Positions 1 through 9,265 of a stretch of DNA of 23,666 bases are shown one piece after another. The DNA is taken from IMG/VR virus record IMGVR_UViG_2617270998_000010, one strand, 5' to 3'. The notes under the pieces were generated by a model. The model did no database searches, was not told the DNA's origin, and saw only the letters and a program-made list of their open reading frames with translations. The stretch comes from a virus. Lineage: Duplodnaviria; Heunggongvirae; Uroviricota; Caudoviricetes. Positions within the stretch are counted from its first letter, which is position 1. Every line of letters begins with the position of its first letter. A program made the translations under genes and the position numbers.

Positions 1-1053
1 TTACGGGGTAATGCCAACCGCTGCCGCCACTTTGTCGCCACTTGGCAGCGTTGCCAGAGGATTGAAACGGAGCGCCGTTTCCAGATGATCCGGTGCCAGA
101 TGTGCGTAACGCATAGTCATTTTTATATCGTGGTGTCCGAGAATTTTTTGTAAGGCCAGAATGTTTCCACCCGACATCATGAAGTGCGCTGCAAACGTAT
201 GGCGCAGAACGTGTGTGAGTTGACCGCGAGGGAGCACGATAGACGTTTTTTCCATCACGGATAAAAATTGAAAATAGCAGTCTGTGAAGAAATTGAACCC
301 ATCGAGCGCCATGATCTCTTCGTAAAGCTCTTTACTGATAGGGATGCTTCTGTTTTTCTTCCCCTTCGTTCTGACAAAGGTAATTCGGTATTTGGTCACC
401 TGTGAGCGGGTAAGATTTACGGCTTCACGCCAGCGTGCGCCTGTGCTTAAGCATATCTTAACTACCAGTGCCAGAATTGGGTCCTGACGTTTGCAATCAG
501 CCAGCAATTCAACAATCTGCTCATGGGTAAGCCATGCCATCTCTTTTTCTGCGATGGTGAATTTTCGCATGTTCTCCAGTGGGTTCGGATACGACCATTC
601 GCCCAGACGGGATAGTTCGCTAAAAACACTACTTAGATAGCTTTGCTCCAGGTTAATGGTGACCGGGCTTGCTCCTTTCTTCCATTTCTCGCTGAAGTAG
701 ATCTCGCCTGTCAGGCGTTTATCTCGATAGTGAGCAAACATTTTTGAGGTGAGATCAGTTGCAAGGGGATTTCCCAAGGCGTCAACCATCAACAGCAGCT
801 TGTTGTAGACATGCTGTCCGGCAGTAAGAGATTTGCCATGTAATTTGAACCATAGCTCAACCATATCTTTCAGTGTCCGACGATCCACTGATTCGCCCAG
901 CCAGGGTTTTGCTTCTATTTCCCCCATGGTGTATCGCTCGAAGGCCAGTGCTTCGCCTTTGGTGGCGAATTGTTTACGCACACGGCGTCCGCTACGTCCG
1001 GCGGGGTAACATTCGCAAAGCCATTTTCCTGTGGTGAGTTTTCGTACTGCCAT
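1..1053 (-). CDS. int: Phage tyrosine integrase (P2/186 Int family)
   Basis: ORF 1..1068 (-). C-terminal tyrosine-recombinase motifs (HVLRHTFAAH ... GHHDIKMTMRYAHL). Stop codon is at bases 1-3, so the gene is complete. Start placed at the second ATG (1053, MAVRK...) which has a GAGGG Shine-Dalgarno; the upstream ATG at 1068 is the alternative. Confidence 0.9.
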   Translation of the reverse strand: MAVRKLTTGKWLCECYPAGRSGRRVRKQFATKGEALAFERYTMGEIEAKPWLGESVDRRTLKDMVELWFKLHGKSLTAGQHVYNKLLLMVDALGNPLATDLTSKMFAHYRDKRLTGEIYFSEKWKKGASPVTINLEQSYLSSVFSELSRLGEWSYPNPLENMRKFTIAEKEMAWLTHEQIVELLADCKRQDPILALVVKICLSTGARWREAVNLTRSQVTKYRITFVRTKGKKNRSIPISKELYEEIMALDGFNFFTDCYFQFLSVMEKTSIVLPRGQLTHVLRHTFAAHFMMSGGNILALQKILGHHDIKMTMRYAHLAPDHLETALRFNPLATLPSGDKVAAAVGITP

Positions 1054-1060
1054 AAAAAAT

Positions 1061-1078
1061 GCCCTCATATCAGAGGGC
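1061..1078 (-). terminator. GC-rich hairpin (GCCCTC-N6-GAGGGC) followed on the minus strand by a T-run, immediately 5' of the int start; terminator-like or translational control element
   Basis: Inverted repeat read directly; on the minus strand the order is stem-loop, ATTTTTT, then the int ATG. The stem contains the int SD (GAGGG). Confidence 0.35.
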
Positions 1079-1144
1079 TAAATTTAACTGTATATAAAAA
1101 CAGTATTCAATGTATTTTTTACTTAGTAGCATACATGTTCATGA

Positions 1145-2089
1145 TTAATCTGTTTCTTTATCACTTCCAGTTACTTTAACTTTGTCTTTGATTGTATTCA
1201 AAAATGACGCAAAACTCGGTGGTTGCTCTGTCTGACCTGAAAATGCAGAGTCACCTGAAATATTCCAATCCTTAAAGACTTCTATTGCATCCTCTTTAGT
1301 TGCTGTAGAACCGTATATCTGCAAAAAAACTTGACCAAACATCAAAGCATGTCGACGATCTTTTCGCCTGATCGATTCATGTGTGTACTTTTTTGAGTTA
1401 CTAAGGCAGATATATGATAGCCATGAAAGAATGGCGATTCCAACTAATCCTCGCGTGAAGATATATATTAACTGAAGGTTAGTGAGATTTTTTAAATCTA
1501 AGTTCATGTATAATGTAAAAAAAGCAGATACTACTGCAAGGAAGCCAAAAAATACCCCTGCAATAGACCAGATAATAGACATCAATATAAAATGTTTGTC
1601 ATCACTACCAAGATCTGATTTAACATCGTTAACATAGGTGGGGATTTTATCATCGATTCTTTGTTGCTGTACTTGGCTACGGAGTTCCTTATTTTCACTA
1701 ATCAATGAATTAATTTGTTTTACGTTGTTTTCGATTATTGCGTTTTTTCTATTAAGATCCTGAGTATAATGCTCTAACTGTAGAGTTAATATGCTGTTTC
1801 GTTCTTCTAATTGTATTATATGTTCTACATAATTATTAGGTTCAAGTGATTTTACATTTTTTCTTTTATTGGCTTTATTTTCATTTATATTGGGTTCTTC
1901 ATCCATCGGTGGCCTAGTTATGTATTTTTCAATTAGCGCTAGGTTATTATGAGCTTCAGAAAGCTCTCCTGCTTCTATTAAGTCTTTTATATGAGAGTAG
2001 AAGTGTTTTGCTATATTTTCAGACTGTGAATCAAGAAATTCTAATAGGTGTTTTTTTATTTCGCTATCTTTATTGGTTGGTTCAGTCAT
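1145..2089 (-). CDS. Hypothetical membrane protein: N-terminal coiled-coil region, two predicted TM helices, short C-terminal domain; AT-rich insertion between cI and int
   Basis: 314-aa ORF. Hydrophobic stretches ILMSIIWSIAGVFFGFLAVVSAFFTLYM and LIYIFTRGLVGIAILSWLSYICL. Clearly lower GC than the flanking int and cI. Only 11 bp downstream of the cI stop on the same strand. No family recognised. Confidence 0.6.
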   Translation of the reverse strand: MTEPTNKDSEIKKHLLEFLDSQSENIAKHFYSHIKDLIEAGELSEAHNNLALIEKYITRPPMDEEPNINENKANKRKNVKSLEPNNYVEHIIQLEERNSILTLQLEHYTQDLNRKNAIIENNVKQINSLISENKELRSQVQQQRIDDKIPTYVNDVKSDLGSDDKHFILMSIIWSIAGVFFGFLAVVSAFFTLYMNLDLKNLTNLQLIYIFTRGLVGIAILSWLSYICLSNSKKYTHESIRRKDRRHALMFGQVFLQIYGSTATKEDAIEVFKDWNISGDSAFSGQTEQPPSFASFLNTIKDKVKVTGSDKETD

Positions 2090-2100
2090 GATGTTTCTCT

Positions 2101-3036
2101 TTATACATTTTTAGTAAAAACTCTTTTACATTTTGCCAAAACGATAATGTCAGTAAGTAAGCATTCAAAACTTGCGTTAGTGCCTACAACTTTAACCATA
2201 CCAACGGGTATGCGAGTCAAATCTTTGATACTTATTTTCCCTTCAATATTCACAAGCCACTTGCCATCAGTAACTTCATTAAATTTTGATTCTACAATAT
2301 ATATTTCCTCATCAATGAATACTGCTAAAGGTTGCAGAAAGGTTCCTTCTAACAACTTAGAGTCAAAAGTCAAGAAGGTTTCTTGAGCAAGAGATCCATC
2401 AATTATTTTATGATATGGGATAGTGATAGTATCGTTTCGAGGCTTTTCAAACATTGCCCCGTTACCAGTGGTTAGCCATGTTAATGAAGCACCGGTTTCC
2501 AGTGAGCATTGAATAATCCAGTCAGCAGGAAAGGTATCTCTCATGTAACGATTGGCTAATGTACTTTTTGATACACCAATATGATCAGCTAAAGCTTGTC
2601 TTGTCTTAAATCCATAAGCCAAAACGATTCGCTCTATTGCTGCTTTTCCACCTTGGTTAATAGTAAAAGAGTTCTCATTTTGGATGTCTTGTTCTCTATT
2701 GAGATGTTGATGCTTGCTGTCACAATTGTTGTGACTTTTTTCTGCATTATTTGTAATGCTTCCCTTCTCGGTATCAGTGCCAAATGCCAACCACTCGACC
2801 GGCACTCCAGTCTCCATGCTACAGATAACAACCCAATCAGCAGGGAAAGTGTCACGGGCATACCTGTTCGCCATTGTACTTTGCGATATACCTAGGTGAT
2901 TACAGAATGCTTGTCGGGAAGAAAAACCATAGGCTTTCAGTATCCGATCTATAACCGATTGCCCTCCGCGATTCTGCATGATTAAGGATTTCTTTTTTTC
3001 GTCCACATGGCGAAATGTGATTTCATGTGTTGACAT
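2101..3036 (-). CDS. cI: Phage 186 CI-type immunity repressor with a tandemly duplicated N-terminal DNA-binding domain
   Basis: 311-aa ORF. Two internal repeats (about res 23-88 and 128-195) each resemble the 186 CI N-terminal HTH domain (...AYGF..RQA...HLGISQST.ANRY.RDTFPADW...ETG....WL.TG). Divergent from the Apl/CII operon, as in 186. Confidence 0.8.
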   Translation of the reverse strand: MSTHEITFRHVDEKKKSLIMQNRGGQSVIDRILKAYGFSSRQAFCNHLGISQSTMANRYARDTFPADWVVICSMETGVPVEWLAFGTDTEKGSITNNAEKSHNNCDSKHQHLNREQDIQNENSFTINQGGKAAIERIVLAYGFKTRQALADHIGVSKSTLANRYMRDTFPADWIIQCSLETGASLTWLTTGNGAMFEKPRNDTITIPYHKIIDGSLAQETFLTFDSKLLEGTFLQPLAVFIDEEIYIVESKFNEVTDGKWLVNIEGKISIKDLTRIPVGMVKVVGTNASFECLLTDIIVLAKCKRVFTKNV

Positions 3037-3124
3037 AACCGATTTGTGATCCTATTCTCCGAAATGTGAAGTTAAAGCCACGATTAAAACTGACTCACCA
3101 CAAGCCAATAGGAGATGTTGCATC
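3037..3124. promoter_or_regulatory. Divergent cI / apl intergenic region: expected lysogenic/lytic switch promoters and CI/Apl operators
   Basis: 88-bp gap between the divergently transcribed cI and apl-like genes; AAATGTGA-like motifs recur at about 3012 and 3062. Assigned by position only; exact operators not resolved. Confidence 0.45.
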
Positions 3125-3346
3125 ATGACCCCTAACATTTCAATAACCCTGAATACGCCACATGTCACAATTGAGCGTTATAGCGAACTTACTGGTCTTT
3201 CAATCGACACAATTAACGATATGCTGGCTGACGGTCGCATCCCTCGGCATCGCCTTCGGAAAGACAAGAAAAGAGAAAAGGTAATGATCAACCTTGCTGC
3301 TCTTACCGTTGATGCACTTACTGATTGCAATGTTGTATTCAACTAG
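3125..3346 (+). CDS. apl: Apl/Cox-like excisionase and switch regulator (small HTH protein)
   Basis: 73-aa ORF, first gene of the rightward operon opposite cI and directly upstream of the CII homolog. Assignment rests mainly on position and size. Confidence 0.5.
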   Translation: MTPNISITLNTPHVTIERYSELTGLSIDTINDMLADGRIPRHRLRKDKKREKVMINLAALTVDALTDCNVVFN

Positions 3347-3378
3347 TTCCATTTTGGGATACATCAGAGGTGTCGACC

Positions 3379-3888
3379 ATGTTTGATTACCAAGTTTCCA
3401 AACATCCACATTTTGATGAAGCCTGTCGTGCATTCGCACTGCGCCACAATCTGGTGCAACTGGCAGAACGTGCAGGCATGAATGTGCAGATTCTGCGGAA
3501 CAAACTGAACCCAGCTCAACCTCATTTATTAACCGCACCAGAAATTTGGTTGCTTACCGATCTGACTGAAGATTCAACGCTGGTAGATGGTTTTCTGGCA
3601 CAGATTCATTGTCTGCCATGTGTTCCGATTAATGAGGTGGCAAAAGAGAAACTACCGCATTACGTCATGAGTGCAACCGCAGAGATCGGGCGTGTTGCTG
3701 CAGGTGCGGTATCTGGCGATGTAAAAACCAGTGCAGGTCGTCGTGATGCTATCAGCAGCATTAACTCTGTAACACGACTGATGGCGCTGGCCGCTGTTTC
3801 ATTGCAGGCCCGTTTACAGGCTAATCCTGCGATGGCGAATGCAGTTGATACCGTGACTGGCCTCGGTGCTTCATTCGGTTTGCTGTGA
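3379..3888 (+). CDS. cII: CII-like transcriptional activator (phage 186 CII family)
   Basis: Start at ATG 3379 (GAGGTG SD), inside ORF-track entry 3325..3888. N-terminus [24 protein letters not shown]...[17 protein letters not shown]...[21 protein letters not shown] matches my recollection of 186 CII closely; 169 aa. Confidence 0.75.
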   Translation: MFDYQVSKHPHFDEACRAFALRHNLVQLAERAGMNVQILRNKLNPAQPHLLTAPEIWLLTDLTEDSTLVDGFLAQIHCLPCVPINEVAKEKLPHYVMSATAEIGRVAAGAVSGDVKTSAGRRDAISSINSVTRLMALAAVSLQARLQANPAMANAVDTVTGLGASFGLL

Positions 3889-3895
3889 GGTGCTT

Positions 3896-4096
3896 ATGCT
3901 GACGAAAGAACCATCATTTGCATCGCTGCTGGTAAAACAAAGTCCGGCAATGCACTACGGTCACGGCTGGATCATGGGTGAGGATGGTAAACGCTGGCAT
4001 CCGTGCCGTTCACAAGATGAATTGCTGGCAGAACTATCTACGAAAAAATGGGGGAACAAATGGCTATTGAAGGCGCTGCGGCGACTGTTCCATTAA
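3896..4096 (+). CDS. Hypothetical early protein
   Basis: ATG 3896 with GAGGTG SD inside ORF 3866..4096; about 66 aa; early-operon position; no family recognised. Confidence 0.4.
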   Translation: MLTKEPSFASLLVKQSPAMHYGHGWIMGEDGKRWHPCRSQDELLAELSTKKWGNKWLLKALRRLFH

Positions 4097-4401
4097 GACC
4101 CGGTGAACGCCTGAATGGACTTAATCATATTGCGGAGTTAAGGGCGAAAGTTTTTGGTTTGAATATTGAGTCAGAGCTTGAGCGGTTTATTAAAGATATG
4201 CGTGATCCACGGGATATCAATAATGAACAAAATAAACGGGCACTGGCTGCTATATTCTTTATGGCAAAAATTCCAGCTGAACGTCATAGCATCAGCATTA
4301 ATGAGCTGACCACTGACGAAAAGCGGGAGCTGATTAAAGCAATGAATCATTTTCGTGCGGTGGTGAGCTTATTTCCCAGACGGCTAACCATGCCGAATTA
4401 A
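4060..4401 (+). CDS. Hypothetical early protein
   Basis: ORF 4048..4401; probable start ATG 4060 (GGGGGA SD); short overlap with the upstream ORF in another frame. Confidence 0.4.
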   Translation: MAIEGAAATVPLRPGERLNGLNHIAELRAKVFGLNIESELERFIKDMRDPRDINNEQNKRALAAIFFMAKIPAERHSISINELTTDEKRELIKAMNHFRAVVSLFPRRLTMPN

Positions 4402-4468
4402 CCAACTAATGAAATTAATGGCGTAAACCCGCCGGGCATCCCTTTATCTAAATTCAGGAGAATTGATT

Positions 4469-4702
4469 ATGCGTAATATTGAAATCCTCACGACTAAAAC
4501 CGGACCGGATGACGCAGGGCTTAATATTTTACTGACAGAGGCTCGTCTGGAAGAACGCCGGGCAAGGGCTGAAGCAATGGCAGCTCGCCTTGATAGCCTG
4601 GCGTGTCATATCACATCCCGCCAGCTAAACCACGTCGAAGCGGCAGAACTGCTGCGTGTAACTGCTGAAGCAATCCAGAACGAAGCGCAGGAGATCCACT
4701 AA
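4469..4702 (+). CDS. Hypothetical early protein
   Basis: ATG 4469 preceded by AGGAG (ORF-track start 4463 is a TTG); 77 aa; its stop overlaps the next start (TAATG). Confidence 0.5.
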   Translation: MRNIEILTTKTGPDDAGLNILLTEARLEERRARAEAMAARLDSLACHITSRQLNHVEAAELLRVTAEAIQNEAQEIH

Positions 4703-4929
4703 TGGCTGATGCAATGGATCTCGTACAGCAGCGCGTTGAAGAAGAACGCCAGCGCCATATTCGTGCTGCCCGTGCCAAAACACCGGGCGTGTCTCGCGTG
4801 CTTTGTATTGAATGTGAAGCGCCAATTCCGCCAGCACGACGCCGCGCCATTCCGGGAGTGCAGCTTTGCATTACCTGCCAGGAAATCGCAGAGCTGAAAG
4901 GCAAACATTACAACGGAGGTGCTGTATGA
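4702..4929 (+). CDS. TraR/DksA-family C4 zinc-finger protein
   Basis: 75 aa with CxxC-N17-CxxC (CIECEAPIP...CITCQ) and an R-rich preceding helix; common in P2-like early operons; translationally coupled to its neighbours. Confidence 0.65.
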   Translation: MADAMDLVQQRVEEERQRHIRAARAKTPGVSRVLCIECEAPIPPARRRAIPGVQLCITCQEIAELKGKHYNGGAV

Positions 4930-5783
4930 GCACCATCCTGAAATGGGCGGGTAATAAAACCGCCATTATGTCCGAACTGAAAAAACACCTTCCTGCTGGC
5001 CCGCGACTGGTTGAACCTTTCGCGGGTTCCTGTGCTGTGATGATGGCGACGGATTACCCCAGCTATCTGGTTGCTGATATTAATCCTGATTTAATCAACC
5101 TCTATAAAAAGATTGCCGCTGATTGCGAATCATTTATATCTCGTGCCAGAGTCTTATTTGAGGAAGCAAACAGGGAGGTGGCTTATTACAACATAAGGCA
5201 GGAGTTTAATTACTCATCTGAAATTACTGATTTCATGAAAGCAGTATATTTCCTGTATCTCAATCGTCACGGTTACCGTGGGTTATGTCGTTATAACAAG
5301 AGCGGACATTTCAACATTCCCTACGGGAATTATAAAAATCCGTATTTCCCTGAAAAAGAAATTCGCGCATTTGCAGAAAAAGCCCAGCGGGCAACGTTTA
5401 TCTGCGCCAGCTTTGATGAAACGCTGGCGATGTTGAAGGCGGGGGATGTGGTGTATTGCGATCCGCCTTATGACGGTACGTTTTCCGGCTATCACACTGA
5501 TGGTTTCACTGAAGATGACCAGTATCACCTGGCATCCGTTCTTGAACATCGATCATCTGAAGGACATCCGGTCATTGTTTCTAACAGTGACACATCCCTG
5601 ATTCGTTCGCTGTATCGCAATTTTACTCACCACTATATCAAGGTAAAACGCAGCATCGGTGTGGCAGCTGGCGAGTGTAAATCAGCAACAGAAATCATCG
5701 CTGTTTCCGGGCCGCGCTGCTGGGTGGGATTTGATCCTTCGCGTGGCGTGGATAGTTCTGCCGTGTACGGAGTGCGTGCATGA
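4926..5783 (+). CDS. dam: DNA adenine methyltransferase (Dam-like, orphan N6-MTase)
   Basis: Start ATG 4926 inside ORF 4866..5783. N-terminus [20 protein letters not shown]...LVEPFAGS (AdoMet motif) and DPPY motif ([10 protein letters not shown]), similar to E. coli Dam. Confidence 0.85.
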   Translation: MSTILKWAGNKTAIMSELKKHLPAGPRLVEPFAGSCAVMMATDYPSYLVADINPDLINLYKKIAADCESFISRARVLFEEANREVAYYNIRQEFNYSSEITDFMKAVYFLYLNRHGYRGLCRYNKSGHFNIPYGNYKNPYFPEKEIRAFAEKAQRATFICASFDETLAMLKAGDVVYCDPPYDGTFSGYHTDGFTEDDQYHLASVLEHRSSEGHPVIVSNSDTSLIRSLYRNFTHHYIKVKRSIGVAAGECKSATEIIAVSGPRCWVGFDPSRGVDSSAVYGVRA

Positions 5784-8194
5784 GCCATGCTGATATGAAC
5801 AACTGCAGCGGCTTTAACGAGGTCGCAGCAGCATTCTCATGGAGCAGCCCGAAAAAGGCCATTAACCCTTATCTGGACCCGGCGGAAGTTGCGCCGGTTT
5901 CTGCGCTTTCAAACCTGATCACTCTGTACGCTGCCGATAACGAGCAGGAACAGCTGCGCCGTGAGGCGCTGAGTGATCAGGTCTGGGAGCGTTATTTCTT
6001 TAATGAATCCCGTGATCCTGTCCAGCGCGAAATCGAGCAGGATAAGCTCATTAGTCGGGCAAAGCTGGCGCATGAGCAGCAGCGTTTTAATCCGGATATG
6101 GTCATTCTGGCGGACGTCAACGCCCAGCCTTCCCATATCAGCAAGCCGCTGATGCAACGTATTGAATACTTCAGCAGCCTGGGCAGGCCAAAGGCTTATT
6201 CCCGCTATTTGCGTGAGACGATTAAGCCATGTCTGGAACGACTGGAGCATGTACGCGAGAGTCAGCTATCCACTTCTTTTCGCTTTATGGCAAGCCATGA
6301 AGGGCTGGACGGCCTGCTGATCCTGCCTGAAATGAGTCAGGATCAGGTGAAGCGCCTGTCTACCCTTGTTGCCGCGCATATGAGCATGTGCCTTGATGCA
6401 GCTTGTGGTGATTTGTATGCCACCGATGACGTTAAGCCAGAAGAAATCCGCAAGACATGGGAAAAGGTGGCAGCGGAAACCCTGCGTCTGGATGTAATCC
6501 CTCCTGCGTTTGAGCAACTCCGTCGGAAAAGAAACCGCCGTAAACCCGTGCCCTATGAACTCATTCCGGGTTCGCTGGCGCGTATGTTGTGCGCCGACTG
6601 GTGGTATCGGAAATTATGGAAGATGCGTTGCGAATGGCGGGAAGAGCAGTTGCGTGCTGTCTGCCTGGTCAGCAAAAAAGCATCTCCCTATGTCAGCTAT
6701 GAAGCCGTGATGCATAAACGTGAGCAGCGCCGTAAGTCGCTGGAGTTTTTCCGTTCTCATGAACTGGTGAACGAAGACGGCGACACGCTGGACATGGAGG
6801 ATGTGGTAAACGCCAGCAGCAGCAACCCGGCGCATCGCCGCAATGAGATGATGGCCTGTGTTAAAGGTCTGGAGCTTATCGCGGAAATGCGCGGTGACTG
6901 CGCCGTTTTCTACACCATCACCTGTCCGTCACGTTTCCATTCCACGCTCAATAACGGCAGACCAAACCCGACCTGGACAAACGCGACGGTAAGACAAAGC
7001 AGCGATTATCTGGTCGGCATGTTTGCTGCATTTCGTAAGGCGATGCACAAAGCCGGGTTGCGCTGGTATGGCGTGCGGGTGGCTGAGCCGCATCATGACG
7101 GCACAGTTCACTGGCACCTGTTGTGTTTCATGCGCAAAAAAGACCGCCGTGCCATCACTGCATTACTGCGTAAGTTTGCCATCCGTGAAGACCGCGAGGA
7201 GCTGGGCAATAACACTGGGCCGCGCTTTAAGTCTGAGTTGATTAACCCGCGCAAAGGAACGCCAACAAGCTACATCGCGAAATACATCAGTAAGAACATT
7301 GACGGGCGTGGTCTGGCTGGCGAGATCAGCAAGGAAACGGGGAAATCCCTGCGTGATAATGCTGAATACGTTAATGCCTGGGCGTCTCTGCATCGTGTTC
7401 AGCAATTCCGCTTCTTTGGCATTCCGGGGCGTCAGGCTTACCGTGAACTGCGATTGCTGGCTGGTCAGGCGGCAAGGCAACAGGGGGACAAAAAAGCAGG
7501 TGCGCCGGTACTGGATAACCCACGCCTTGATGCCATCCTGGCTGCTGCTGATGCTGGTTGTTTTGCCACCTACATCATGAAGCAGGGCGGCGTACTGGTT
7601 CCCCGCAAATATCACCTCATCAGAACCGCTTATGAAATCAACGAAGAGCCGACCGCCTATGGCGATCACGGCATTCGTATTTATGGCATCTGGTCACCTA
7701 TTGCAGAGGGCAAGATCTGCACTCATGCCGTGAAGTGGAAAATGGTTCGTAAGGCCGTTGATGTTCAGGAGGCGGCAGCCGACCAGGGCGCTTGCGCCCC
7801 TTGGACTCGTGGCAATAACTGTCCCCTTGCTGAAAATTTGAACCAACAGGAGAAAGATAAATCAGCTGATGGGGACACCAGAACGGATATTACCCGCATG
7901 GATGACAAGGAGTTGCACGATTTTCTGCACAGTATGAACAAAAAAGAGCGCCGGGAACTGGCTGCAAGGTTACGCCTGGTGAAACCGAAACGGCGTAGAG
8001 ACTACAAACAGCGAATTACAGACCATCAACGACAGCAGCTCGTCTATGAACTGAAGTCCAGAGGATTTGATGGCAGCGAGAAAGAGGTCGATTTACTCCT
8101 TCGCGGTGGCAGTATTCCGTCAGGAGCAGGCCTGCGTATCTTCTATCGGAACCAGCGTCTGAAGGAAGATGATAAGTGGCGGAACCTGTATTAA
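5780..8194 (+). CDS. A: Replication initiation endonuclease gpA (rolling-circle, HUH family)
   Basis: 804-aa ORF; HUH-like motif ([10 protein letters not shown]) and tyrosine motif ([14 protein letters not shown]); position and size match P2 gpA / 186 A; ATGA overlap with dam. Confidence 0.9.
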   Translation: MSHADMNNCSGFNEVAAAFSWSSPKKAINPYLDPAEVAPVSALSNLITLYAADNEQEQLRREALSDQVWERYFFNESRDPVQREIEQDKLISRAKLAHEQQRFNPDMVILADVNAQPSHISKPLMQRIEYFSSLGRPKAYSRYLRETIKPCLERLEHVRESQLSTSFRFMASHEGLDGLLILPEMSQDQVKRLSTLVAAHMSMCLDAACGDLYATDDVKPEEIRKTWEKVAAETLRLDVIPPAFEQLRRKRNRRKPVPYELIPGSLARMLCADWWYRKLWKMRCEWREEQLRAVCLVSKKASPYVSYEAVMHKREQRRKSLEFFRSHELVNEDGDTLDMEDVVNASSSNPAHRRNEMMACVKGLELIAEMRGDCAVFYTITCPSRFHSTLNNGRPNPTWTNATVRQSSDYLVGMFAAFRKAMHKAGLRWYGVRVAEPHHDGTVHWHLLCFMRKKDRRAITALLRKFAIREDREELGNNTGPRFKSELINPRKGTPTSYIAKYISKNIDGRGLAGEISKETGKSLRDNAEYVNAWASLHRVQQFRFFGIPGRQAYRELRLLAGQAARQQGDKKAGAPVLDNPRLDAILAAADAGCFATYIMKQGGVLVPRKYHLIRTAYEINEEPTAYGDHGIRIYGIWSPIAEGKICTHAVKWKMVRKAVDVQEAAADQGACAPWTRGNNCPLAENLNQQEKDKSADGDTRTDITRMDDKELHDFLHSMNKKERRELAARLRLVKPKRRRDYKQRITDHQRQQLVYELKSRGFDGSEKEVDLLLRGGSIPSGAGLRIFYRNQRLKEDDKWRNLY

Positions 8195-8286
8195 TTACGC
8201 GGGTTAACAATTCGTGCTCTTAATAATACCAGGCATATCAGGCCGATGAACGTAAAAAAACGTTTTACATCAGTAAGATTATTATA

Positions 8287-8306
8287 TACTGTAAATATAA
8301 ACAGTG
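8287..8306. promoter_or_regulatory. LexA operator (SOS box) TACTGTAAATATAAACAGTG upstream of the tum/DinI-like operon
   Basis: CTGT-N8-ACAG with 17/20 identity to the consensus TACTGTATATATATACAGTA, about 40 bp upstream of the 8347 start; TATACT -10-like hexamer overlaps it. Confidence 0.6.
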
Positions 8307-8346
8307 GTTATGTATACAGTATTGCTTTGGTGTTATAGGAGGAAAG

Positions 8347-8535
8347 ATGCAGGACTATTTTTTGGAGTCTTTGAAGCTCCAGCGCATTGATTTTTTTCTT
8401 AAGCTTGTAGCGGCTAGCGAGTGTAGTGATGAAGAGAAGGGGCTGGCTTTGCAGTGGGTTTCTGAATTGACTGATGAACTCATGGCAAAAATCAGAACCC
8501 ACGAATACAACCGCTCAATGGATGTCATCAGTTGA
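8347..8535 (+). CDS. Small SOS-regulated protein, possible Tum-like antirepressor
   Basis: 62-aa ORF with strong AGGAGG SD immediately downstream of the LexA box; equivalent position to 186 tum. Functional assignment is by context. Confidence 0.45.
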   Translation: MQDYFLESLKLQRIDFFLKLVAASECSDEEKGLALQWVSELTDELMAKIRTHEYNRSMDVIS

Positions 8536-8545
8536 GGTGACTTTT

Positions 8546-8779
8546 ATGCGCATTGAAATAATGATCGATAAAGAGCAGAAGATTAGCCAGTCTATCCTGG
8601 ACGCCCTTGAATCCGAGCTTTACCGCAATCTGCGCCCCCTGTATCCCAAAACGGTAATTCGTATCCGCAAAGGTAGCACTAACGGTGTGGAACTGACCGG
8701 ACTGCAACTGGACGAAGAAAGGAAGCAAGTGATGAAAATTATGCAGAAGGTGTGGGAAGACGACAGCTGGCTGCATTAA
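8546..8779 (+). CDS. DinI-family protein
   Basis: Start ATG 8546 (GAGGTG SD) inside ORF 8474..8779. MRIEIMIDK...DALESEL...ERKQVMKIMQKVWEDDSW parallels E. coli DinI (MRIEVTIAK...DALAGEL...KQRISEILQETWESADDW). Confidence 0.7.
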   Translation: MRIEIMIDKEQKISQSILDALESELYRNLRPLYPKTVIRIRKGSTNGVELTGLQLDEERKQVMKIMQKVWEDDSWLH

Positions 8780-9049
8780 GAAACGTTGCTGGCGTCTGAA
8801 CTTGCTTCTGGCGTCAGCAAGGTTGAACAACGAGCTATGCGAGGCGTTAGTGTCAATTTGTTACCTTAACCACTATATATGCCAGGAAATTAACAGTTCT
8901 TAAGAAACCGCTTGCATGATCGAGCGCATTGAACTTAAGTTTAAGTAACGAAATCAACAGATGATATTGTTGTCTAAATTTTAAAGATAATCTGTTGAGG
9001 TTGTAGGCGTCGAAGTGTAGACTTCCGCGCCATGTGAAAAGGGGGAGTT

Positions 9050-9265
9050 ATGTCAAGCATCGCCGCATTTAGCCTGGGTAACCCAGTTGAACGTCTGGCA
9101 AGGGTTCTTAAAGAGAACCAGGACAAACTCAATCTTAGTAAAGATGGTTTTGTGTCCGTAGACTTGTCTAACAAAAGAGCAATGGATGCCATCAAGGCAC
9201 AGATGGATAAGCTTGAAGGCATCAAAACGAGCACTGTAAAAGAGAAAACTAATAGAACCAGATAA
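9050..9265 (+). CDS. Hypothetical small soluble protein (71 aa), first gene of a coupled accessory pair
   Basis: ATG 9050 preceded by AAGGGGGAG; predicted helical and charged; stop overlaps the next start (TAATG at 9263-9267). Confidence 0.5.
   Translation: MSSIAAFSLGNPVERLARVLKENQDKLNLSKDGFVSVDLSNKRAMDAIKAQMDKLEGIKTSTVKEKTNRTR

Noticed and set aside
970-1179. 69-aa plus-strand ORF overlapping the int start and the int/accessory-gene gap
   Set aside because: Overlaps the integrase N-terminus antisense, with no RBS; the region is better explained by the hairpin and int start.
8474-8779. ORF-track 101-aa version of the DinI-like gene starting at 8474
   Set aside because: The N-terminal extension overlaps the upstream ORF and has no SD; the DinI-homologous sequence begins at ATG 8546, which has a GAGGTG SD.
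8780-8830. Possible terminator after the DinI-like gene (CTTGCT-N9-AGCAAG, with direct repeat CTGGCGTC)
   Set aside because: Short stem, long loop and no following T-tract; too weak to call as an intrinsic terminator.
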